Of a DNA stretch of 64,000 nucleotides, positions 14,627-26,202 are shown piece after piece. Both the position numbers and the translations under genes were made by a program. The stretch spans positions 8,308,001-8,372,000 of the forward strand of contig CM022665.1 of NCBI GenBank assembly GCA_012295275.1, read 5' to 3'. Each line of letters starts with the position of its first letter. Within the stretch, counting starts at the first letter, position 1. Below the pieces are notes generated by a model, which was not told the origin of the DNA, ran no database searches, and worked only from the letters and a program-made list of their open reading frames with translations. This stretch comes from Chrysomallon squamiferum (taxonomy: Eukaryota; Animalia; Mollusca).

Positions 14627-14634
14627 CCGGAAGT
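14627..14634 (+). promoter_or_regulatory. ETS/GABP-type motif CCGGAAGT upstream of UPRT
   Basis: Exact consensus ~140 nt upstream of the UPRT ATG, typical of housekeeping promoters; function inferred. Confidence 0.45.
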
Positions 14635-14769
14635 ACATTTATCTGGAATTGCCTCCACTTTTTGTTAACCTTTGTTTTTTTTACCTTTTTTTTTTTTTCT
14701 CATTTGCTGTGTTGTGTTGAACACGTGTATATTATTCCACAAAACACCAGTGTTTATTATGTATAAATA

Positions 14770-15100
14770 ATGGAACCAGATTTAATTCAGAACTCAGTTC
14801 AAGTTGTTGATGATAACAATTACGGACCACGTCTGAAGAAGCTTAGAATAACAGATAATGTTCGTGAATTACAGACGGTGTTACGCGACAAGTAGGCTAT
14901 TTGAAGTATTTCTATCTTTATCACTTTCTGATAACAGAATAAAATTAATCTGTTATTTAATTTTTATTTTTAAATTTTGTTTTTATTCTTTTGTTTTATT
15001 GATAAGTTTAATAATTAATGTCAAATATTTTAATTGATAATAAAAAATCCAGTAATCAGTAGCCTGCTTGTAAATTATAGTGTAATTGTATTTTTAATTT

Positions 15101-15150
<50 letters not shown>

Positions 15151-18100
15151 TACTTCATTTGTTTTTGTTTAAAAGTAATCAATTATCTTATATGGTAATC
15201 TTACAAGTCTTGCTTTATGGTTTACCACATGATGATAATTTAGTTCACATCTTCCGAGAAATGTTTAAAAGTTAAATACATTAATATATACTATCACATT
15301 AAGTTGATTAACCATGATTTTATACTTTCCCTTTGAAGTCAGACCTAATTTATTTTAAAAATGATAAATAAACAATTTTATGTCATTGGTTTGTTCTGCT
15401 CCGTATTTTCAAGCATTTGTGCTGTAATCTACACTAACAACTTGATCTTGTTTATAAAACTTAAAAATTTCTATAATATATACAAAAGTATAGTTGAAAT
15501 TAAATTTTAAATACAACATGCATAGTTTTCCACTCAAATGGAATTTATTTCAAATATTTCTGTTAGTATTACTGTGCACTTTGGATAGAGTTTGTGCTAA
15601 ATACAGTTTACATTTTTATATACTTCCAAGATATTGTAGCAGCAATTAACCTTTGTTGATAATAAACCAGAACTAAAAAGTTTGAGAACACATGGAAGCT
15701 GACTTTCTCCATTTGTTGTGACATTATTTAGTGGGATGAATATAGTTCTGGCAGCTTTCCCTTTCTTTATTCTATAGTAAATGTAAAAAAATATTCCTGA
15801 AGACAGAATAATATTTCATTTACACACAACAGCTTTTTACTTCATTTTATTTCTTTGAATTCCTATTTTTCATGTTTGTTATTGAGTGTACTGTTAATTT
15901 TGTAGGGCTACAAGCAGAAGTGATTTCATCTTTTATGCTGACAGACTGGTTGGTACTTTTGTTTATTTTATTCCAAAGGAATTGATATTGATAAAGAGTT
16001 ACTTATAATAATTAAATAAGTCAGATCCTTTTTCACGTGCTTTAAACAGTACCTCTAATGTCTTCATTTTCATTTTTAAAATTTCATTCATTTTTTAAAT
16101 TCAGAATTTATTATTTTTAATTTGTTTATTTTAGATAAGACTTGTGGTTGAAGAAGGTTTAAATCAGCTTCCATATAAGAAGTGTTCAGTCACAACACCA
16201 ACAGGTATTGTTTTAGCAAAATTGTTAATGTTCTTTATTATTATTATTATTATTGTCATTATTTAATAACTAGATATGAGGAAGAATATTAAGGTGAATA
16301 CAGCAATGAATGCAGCATTAAATGTACATATTACACAAAATAAAGAGTCAACTATTCTGGAAAACAAAACTCAAATATTTGTTCTTATGATGAAGGATAA
16401 AATAAATAGGTTTTAAAAATATGACATTTTTTTTTTTTTTTTTTATTCTCAATATACTTATTTTGACTGCAAGGACATTCATAGTAGAATGCAGTGGTAG
16501 CTTTTTGAGTTGAGGTTGTAACAGTGTATGTTGAATTTAAATTCTCCATTTAAAACTTTTAAGGCCTGAGTTCCATACACAAAAACAAACCAGAAATAAA
16601 ACTGTTTCACAAGATTAGGTACAGCACTGGTTTTATCAAATGGTATGCTGTTTTATTATGTTGTAAAAGCTTAATTACAGATTGTAAAAACCTATGTTCT
16701 GTCACAGGTATTTTTTTTATATTTTGCATATTCCAGGTCAGACATACAGTGGATTGCGATATGAAAAGGGAAATTGTGGTGTCAGCATTATGCGTAGTGG
16801 TAGGTTCATTTCTATTTTCATAAAATGTGAAACTATAGAATAAATTTTTGAATCAATGGCAGAATACTGTTTTAAGATTATTTAAAATAAAGTGAATTTA
16901 AATGCATCGGTACCACAGTGTGTGTATTGAGGAAATGAAAGTTTAAGATGAGTTTCGTGAATAAATTTGTTTTCTTTTGAGATATATTAAATTTGAAGGG
17001 AAGGGATGATAGAATTTGTGTTTTGAATGGGTAAGTGTATTAATTCCTAATATTTTACAGGGACTAAGATTTAACCATAATATTAATTACTACTTTATTC
17101 ATTGTTTTATTCATTTTATAGGAATTATCTCATCTTTTAAGTATGCTTGAGATTATTTCAGACTATCACCTTATACATGGTTATTTTTATAAATGTTCAG
17201 GGGAAGTGATGGAACAGGGTCTTCGAGACTGCTGCAGATCCATTCGCATTGGGAAAATACTCATTCAGAGTGATGAAGATACTCATGAGGCAAAGGTTGT
17301 CTATGCCAAACTTCCTAATGATATAAATTCCAGAAAAGTCCTGTTGATGTATCCTATTATGAGTATGTATGTTATTTTACCTGAAAATAAAATACATTTT
17401 TAATAATTCCGCTTGCAGGATGCCAGAAAGTTTGTTTCTTAATTGTTCTTTTTTCTTTTTCCATTTTTTAAAAAAAGAATAAAGGTACTTTCCTTGATAT
17501 TGTGAAAGTAAATATAATTTTGTGTCTCCTGAAGGATGGGTGAAAGATAAATTCATGTAAATTGCTTCTCATAACTTAAATGTTTGGAATCTTTTGCCGT
17601 TTAATTTTTTAAATTCATAATACTGATATTCAGAGTGTGAAAGAAGCAAATTGCAGAAGTGACATTAAAATAAAAATGAATTTGAACTTTTAAAATCTTA
17701 AAACCCATTAAATTAGTGGCAGACTTGTGAAGAATTTATGTTCTTTAGATTCATAGTTAACAAACATTAATTATTTTATTTGCTTCATGTCATTTCTTGT
17801 ACACACACACACACACACACATTCAAACACACTACACAGTTTGCAGACGGAACGCTGACAACTGAAGTTATTTTCTTTTTCAGGTACTGGAAACACAGTT
17901 GCAAAAGCAGTGAATGTACTAAAAGAACATTCAGTGGTTGAAGAAAACATCATTCTGCTTAATTTGTTCTGTACCCCAATTGGTAAATGCTTTTTTTTTT
18001 TTTTTTTTTATCTTTAAATATTGCAAAAAATATACAAGTATCAAAAAAATAAATCCTGAATATGTAACACAAGAATCTTTAAAACCAAATGTATGCAATT

Positions 18101-18255
18101 TTTTGTTTAACTTGAAAGATTTTTTAATGTTTATTTTTTTTTTAACAGCGGCCAAACATGTTATCAATCAGTTCCCTGGAATGACTATATTCACTTCAGA
18201 GGTTCATCCAGTAGCAACTACACACTTCGGACAAAAATATTTTGGAACTGAATAA
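14770..18255 (+). CDS. UPRT: Uracil phosphoribosyltransferase homolog (animal type), 221 aa
   Basis: Exons 14770-14891, 15906-15948, 16135-16204, 16737-16799, 17201-17362, 17884-17982, 18149-18255 (666 nt, all GT-AG). Motifs [75 protein letters not shown]. Confidence 0.96.
15103..15149. repeat. (AAT)n microsatellite in UPRT intron 1
   Basis: Pure AAT run. Confidence 0.9.
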
Positions 18256-21200
18256 CTTCATGAAAAGGATGAAGATGAAACCTGTAATTAGTAAAGTAAT
18301 TGTGCAAAGCTAAATCTAACAAAAATAAGTTGTATATTTTGGTGCTAAATTAATACTTCTGTATGCAGTGTTACTCAAATTAGCAAGTTTGTTTTTGATT
18401 TTTATACAACAACAAACAACAACAAACAAAATATAGCAGTACTTAAAACAAGCTATTTTGATTCATGCATCATAATAATAAAACTAACCTTAAATTAATA
18501 TTACTTGTTTAGAAAAAATAAAGAGATACTGGAGATACATATCTTGAATTTTCATTGGCATAGGATATGAGAGAAAAGGGTATGTTATAAATGTAATGCA
18601 TGAGATGTGCAATTACCATGTTGATATTTTGTAAAATCATTGAATACTGTTTCATTTTTGTTGACTTGTCATGCTCCTCTAGACTGATGATTCTTCACTG
18701 AAATATCTTACAGTTGGTGTTTTTTTTAAAAATAATTTTAGTTTTATAACAGGCATTAAATTAAGGAAATGCAGTGCAATTTTTTTCATAATTTCTGTAA
18801 TTCAACAAAATGGCATGGGATCTGATATCCTTTAGGATATGTGTTCTCAGCTAATTGTTATGAATGTTTACAACTACCAGATATGTTATGATGCTTGGTT
18901 GCTTGCAGTGCTCAACATTATAACCTTGGCTTTATAATGGTAGATCAGATTTAAAAAGCAAATTTCACTTTTTAAAAATTCTGATATTAATATCTTCACT
19001 AATATTTTCTTGGTCTATAATTTTGATTTCATGCTTGTAATAATCTGAAGTACTAATTCTCTGTTTCTACTAATCAAGAAACATCATTTTCAGTCAAGCA
19101 TTTAAAATTTGTATTTGTAGTATAAAAGTTCATTTGTTGAATCATTTAACAAACTGTGTCACAGCCCTATGCATTTAAGATAATGTTTGCTGTATAACAG
19201 TATATTAATTTTATCCACTTTTCTTGGATATAGTTAGGAAATAATTTTTGCATTTAGAGAATAAATTTTAGATTGGTTGCTAATTTATAGATAGTATCTA
19301 GTTTAATTGAGGTTAATCTTCAGTCAGAGAATTTAAGTATCTTGAATGCAAGAATAATAATGAATATGTTTTCAGAGTAATAAGGTCCTACAATACTTTG
19401 TTTCCTTGTCTGTGCTAGTCAGTTATTGTGCTTTATGCTGCTTTAAATAACTGCATTTGCAAAGTTTCTGCCAAATGTACAGTATTTTATTTTGTTTAAA
19501 TTGATAATTAATGTTTGCTTATTTGTTATTTTATTTCAAGGTTACGATTTTGTTGAAGTTTTCATAACATCCCGTTATTTTATTAATATGATGAATTAGT
19601 TTATTGTTTCCATTCAAGATTGTTGGAGAAAAGGTACGTTTTTTTTTTTCAATCTAGTATTTATAATTTGAGGATTTAAAAAAACCAGTAATGGACATTG
19701 TTTGTTTTGTGTTTTGATTTTCTTCTTTTAAATTGTTGATATTGATTACAAACTGTTTTTAATGGTGAATGGGCATTAATACTGTTAGTTTTATTATAGT
19801 CACATTTATTTCTTTTCAATAAAAAAAATAAATAAAAATAAAGCAGGGGCTTTGTATAATGCTGTAAAAAATAATTTTAAGCAAGAACTAGATTTTAAAA
19901 GGTTGACAGAATATTGTAGCATGTTACAACATAAGCAAAAGTAAAGTGGAGATCATTAGTTTAAGGAATTAAAATTTTGATAGAAAAAAATCAGAACTGA
20001 AAAATGTTATTTAATTATTGATTCTAGCAGACTGCTTTGCTTTTGCATTTACACTTGGCATGTTAAGCATTTTTAATATCAGGTTTGCATAGCTATATGT
20101 CAGTATTTAGATTTTGTTGTACATCACATTTATTCAGTAATTTCATATGTATCTTGATGCATATTTTCATTTATAAGCACTTACAGCAATCTATATTTAT
20201 AATATAAAATTTGCAGAAATGCTTTAAATGAATCTAGTTATTTTTTGTTTTAAGGTAGGCCTAACTGAAGTAGCTTTATAAGATGTACACAACTGCAAAC
20301 TTCTCATAAAACAGCAGAGATATTTGCTGTCTGTTTCAGTTTTTTTTTTTTAATAAATCTTAAACCTTATTATACAGTTTCAAACTTCATTTTATTTAAT
20401 TTTGAAACGTGCCTGATGGTTCTGATACAACTTAGTTAATTTTTTATTATTTTTTTTTTTTCTTCAGTTATTATTTATGCCAAACGTATTCTTGCTTTTT
20501 AACCAAAGGCATGTTTTTATTGATATTCTGTTATAATTCCAAATGGTGGAGAATCTGAAATAGTTTGTAACTTATTTTGAAATGGTAAAACTGTTTACCT
20601 TTGAACCACTATTTGTAACCAGATATATTTTTTTGAAATAAAACATGTCAATTGAAGCTTAAATTTGTTTTATATAATGAACCACAGTTCAGTGATTATA
20701 TATATATATATATAATAAAAAGTATGTATGAATGTATGTGTGTATGGTTAGATAGATCTATCTATATTTGCATGGGTGTGTTATTAGTGCAGACTAAACT
20801 TTTTTATGGGTTCATCTGAATGAATGTCTAATGACACCGTATTTAAGTGTAAAAAGTTGAAATGTAATTTTAAATACAATCCTTCAGGTACTTCAGAGGC
20901 TTTTCATCAACAACATGGGATTTTTAAATGGTATGCAGGTTTTCATAGAGAATGCAACAACTCTGATAAACCAAAACAAATCTGCCATCTTTGAAGAAGC
21001 ATATGCTGTAATTTATCATGCCCAAGACATGTTCTCTAGCTTACTGGAAATCTAAATGCAAAATTAAAAATCAGAATCTCATATTTTTTATATGAATTAA
21101 AATACATGTTACCCATGTACAAAACATACTATTAAAAATCTATTACTTTACAAATGATATATTGTGCTTCTTTGAAAATTTAAAATAAGTATGAAATGGA

Positions 21201-22850
21201 AAACAATGAGAATTTGTGGACAAGTTCTTTAATAAACACTACAAAAGTGATGCTGTACAATTACGTATAAAATAGGGAGAGAAAAAAATGCAACAGCTGA
21301 AGTAAACTATAATAATACAAATATGTTTAGCATATAATAAAGAAAAAATTAAAAATTAATGTGACTATTAGTACTGCCACAGCTGACTGGAAACAACTGA
21401 ATAACCAGTTAACCAAATATCTTCATCCAGATAAATCACTGAAAACAAGAATGAAGATTAAGCCTCTCAGTTTCCTTCTTGTTATCTTACTGAATGTTTT
21501 TCATCAGCTAAATACATTTACCATTACTATTAAAATTTATTTTCTACCATATCTAAATACATGATGAAAGTATTTCATTTACAAGAAAAAATTAGATTTC
21601 AGCTGAGACAAAGATCACACACTTGTGACTTGTAAATAGCTATATCTACACTAATATGTACATTGTTAATAAATCACTTTCACTTGGTTACGTTTAACAG
21701 TAATATTAAATATATTGTCTGACAGAACTCATTTTCTAATATGTTGATATTTTAAAATTTCTATAAAATTCACAAATGAAAAAAATTAAAGAAGAGAATG
21801 TAAAAAAACAACAACAAAAAACAACACTACCAAACAAATAACATTCCAATTTCTCACAAAGTACCTCTATCTTCTTACAAAGTAAATTGATAGATATAGT
21901 CAAATTTATGGAAACACAAAAATCTTTATTACCTCACATAAAGTACAAGTATTTATTTAGATACTGCCATTTATAATACAGATCTGTTCAAGCTATAGAG
22001 ACTGCTAACAGAGCAATACAAAGTCTACTGAAATATAGGTTCCTCATATCAAACTACATTTTTTTTATTTTATAAGCTTTAAAACATTCCAAATTACAAA
22101 TTCCATGATCTTTTTTACAAGTGCCAAATCAGTACAACTGTAAATCATAGAGCACACAAACTTACAAATAAAGTCATTTTTAATTTTTAAATCTTAAAAT
22201 TCTGTAGTAAAAAATCAGTAAATGAAATTCAGTTCTGTTACAATATTTAATAGATAATTTAAAAAAAGAAGAAGATATTTACAACAATCCAGGAATCGCT
22301 TTGGTTTAAACATAAATGTGTTCAGTAGTTACACTTCATAAATACAGAATAGATATAGAATACTTTGTCTAATAAACATGATGGCATAAATATCCAAAAT
22401 TGGAATATAAAAAAAGAAGAAAAAGGATGTATAAATTTTAGCTATTTAAGCATTTGTACAATAAATATATATGTATATTATACAGACAGAGACAGACTGA
22501 TAGAAAATAGAGATATAACAACAGTATAGGTTGACAAACAAACAATTGACTATAAAGAATCAAATTTCTAATGCTGAAACAAAATAACAGCCATTTTCCC
22601 TTTAATCAGTATATTTTTGTCCGACCTAAAATATTTCAAGAACAAAAAAAATAAAACAGAAAAACAGAAAAATAAAATAAAATGTATAATAATTTTTGGA
22701 TCAATTACTAATATTATAATTATTTTCTAGCAAAAAAACATTAATTCAGTGTTACAGTTTCCAGTCCTACACCTTTTTAAAAGGCACAATTTAAAAAAAA
22801 ATTTGTATAACAAATACCTTTTCAAACACTGATTTAAAGATGGACAACAG

Positions 22851-22937
<87 letters not shown>

Positions 22938-25900
22938 AAAAATAAAAATAAAAAAAAATAATAATAAAATAAATTAATAAAATTACAATGGCTAGTGTCC
23001 TATTTTGTCCATGCAATAAATAATTTTCATTTTTAAAAATGTTGTAACAGAAAATACAGGTTTTGTTTTGTTTAGCCAAACAAATAATTTAGTCTTTTTA
23101 TTCCCCATCACTTGAAGCGCATTTTTCTTCTTTCAAGTGTCCTGCCTGTTTGTAATTGGCACTAATCTAAATCTGTTCAACAAAGAATAATCAGAATATA
23201 TGAAACCTTCCATACCCAACATTAAAAAAAAAAATGAATAAAATTAACCAAAAACGTAAGCATATTTTTCACATTCAGATGAACTTTAAAATCATATAAA
23301 TAAATTAAATCTTAACACAATCTTTTTATTAAAAAAATATTTTTAAAATACCCCACTTGGCACCAACTGTATTTACATTATGAAGTGCATCATATGTAAT
23401 TTAACTATAAATGAAATTACCAAGGTAAACCACAACAGCAAGTTGATTTTTTATTAAATACAGTACACCAAATAAATATCCTTTTTAATAAAGTGCATAA
23501 AACATTAAGAGTAATTAAACCTATTTTTGCCGCTCTATCCTTTATGTGAACTCTTCCAAAATCAATATATAATCTTGTCTAAATAATTTAAAAAATAAAA
23601 ACTGTCTAATACTTTATTAAAAACATGTCTGTCATATAAATTAATGTTGATTTTTCTCTCTACATTTGTTTCTTTTTAATTTTGTTAATTTTCTGTAATA
23701 ATTTAATTTATACCAGTGGAATATAAAAATTCACTTTTTAAATTATGAGTTAGAATTTAGATTATTTGCAATACCTGACCAAACTTTGAGAAAATCAACT
23801 GAGTTTCACAATTTACAACTCAGCCAGTTTGTTTTAATTTTTCTGGGATCTCAGTTTGTGTGTACAGAGGCTTCTCTCTACATTTATGTGATTATTTCAT
23901 TTAATAGGTAAAAGACCCACAAAAGTCAGCTTAATAGTGGAAAACAGAAAAGGAAACATTTTGCACTCAAGTGTATTGAAGAAAAGAAAACTGATTTATC
24001 AGTCATAGAAAATGCTGGAATCCAGTACTAAGCTGGTCTGATACCTTTAGTACTATTACTAAATGGATTCTTGTTGTAGTTATAATTTTATTACCATAAC
24101 AGAAATGATAATGAACAATTTTAGAAGTAAACAACCGAAAATGCTGAAACTCGCTTAACTAGCTTATATTTATGACACTGCTGGTTAATCTGTAATCTCA
24201 GAAATTACATTCATCTTTTACTCAAAATGTTATTAAAATAATATTAAAATGAAAAAAAAAAAAAAAAAGGAACCTATAAATAATAATTAAAAAAATAAAT
24301 ACAAATAAAAATAATATAAAATGAAGTATATATAAAATGATATTAATGTGTAACATTGAGCATTTGAAATAAAATACTGTTTTTTTGTATGTCTGTTTCA
24401 ATTTTTTTTCAGTTTCATATCTACTTACTTGTGAGTTTAAATTGTTTCTTTGTTCTTGACTCATCCACTCTGAAAAATTAAAATCAATATAGATAAGTTG
24501 ACTTTAAAAAAATACACACACACATATATATATATTTTAATTTATGTATGAATCAGAGACAAAAGTTTGTGTTCATGTTTGTTTTAGGTTTCACAAAACA
24601 AAGTATAAAATGCAGAACCATAAACTAACTAAAGACCTTTTAGCTTTATAATGCAGTATGATTCTAATAATTTATCTGCAAATAAGAATGCATTTATTAT
24701 ATATACAGATTCTGGACCTCTATTGCTAATGCACAATTATAAACACAAAATGCTGAAACAAACATTTTAGAAAAACCTTTCTGTCAATCTATTCATTAAA
24801 AATAAAATATGTCACAAAAGATATATATTATATATAAAAATCATTCAAGAAAATAAACATTTCCTATAAGGATAGTGCTGTGCTCTGAAAAATAAAATGT
24901 CCATTAAATTAAACAAATAAATGTTTAAGTAATAAACATTCCAAATTCTTCTGGCATATTATAAATGTCTGAAGCTCAAAGACCAGACTTTTTATATTCA
25001 TATATCATTACTGATAACATTTCATTCAAATATTACAAAACTATATTTGAGCTTTTGATTTAAACCAATAAACCGTATCAAAGTTATATAATTCTATTTA
25101 TTTCTAATGTATAAATTTATGTTAATATATTAATTAATATATGAAACTGTGAAAAAAAAAAAAAAAAAAATTCTTTGAAACTGTAATAACAAGTGAAAAA
25201 ATATAAATAATTTGCATAGATTTCATCAAGATTTTTCTTATTATTGTTAATATTACCAATTTATTTTATTTATTCTTTTTTACCCCTTGCACTCTAAATA
25301 TAATTCAGCTGAATTAGTAATACATGCAAATTTATTTTTTACCAATGCAGTTAATGACTAAAACATTATGGCATGCTTACATACATCAATAATATAATTT
25401 ATTTATTTATGTTTTTTAATTTATTGGAGCTTTCAGATTCAGCTTTGTATGGTCAAATACATTTTTTTACCCCCTGCAATGCTAGAATAATTTAAACCAT
25501 ATGACCTTATTAGTTATACTTCACTGTTTAAAGTAATTTGGTGAAAACAAAAAAACTAACGAAAACAAGATAATTTATCAAGCATTTCAGGAAGATACGA
25601 CTTGGTATCAAAAAGATGTTCTGCTTCAAGCATGATGTTCATCCAAGGAAATCAAAAACATTTCTTTCCCCTCCCTCTCCCCTTTCATGCACATTATAAA
25701 TGAACAAAACCAATCAAAATTTTGTTTTGTTATGCTGAAACACCATGCTTACTTATTTCAAGTAATCACTTTTTGTAATATGCCAAGTTTACCACCAACA
25801 TCCTAATTTCATTAACTATTAGCAGTATACACAGAATGAGAAAAATACTAATGTATTTCTGGCCAGCGAAAAAAATGCAGAATGAAAGGGTTACATACAA

Positions 25901-26202
25901 TAAAATGACGAGGTTTGCACACAGTGTTTCTGTTAATTGTTAATCATATTATTAACTATCCATGCTTAATCACAGATCACTGTACATCCACGATCAGAAT
26001 CAACGGACTGCAGTTTCTTCAAACATTTTCTTGTTATTCAGTTATGAAAAACAAATGAACAAAAATGGTACTGAGCAAAGTATCAATTTCAAATTCTCAT
26101 GCATTTTGGTTTTGGTTATTGGCAGTAAGACAGTTAGTCTGCTGAGTCTCTGAAATCACTATGTCTCCATCCTCACAGCAAGTCCACTCATGCACAAGTT
26201 AC

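Noticed and set aside
22851-22960. Long poly(A) tracts as possible retrocopy tails
   Set aside because: No adjacent retroposed body or TSD, and such tracts are common throughout the window.
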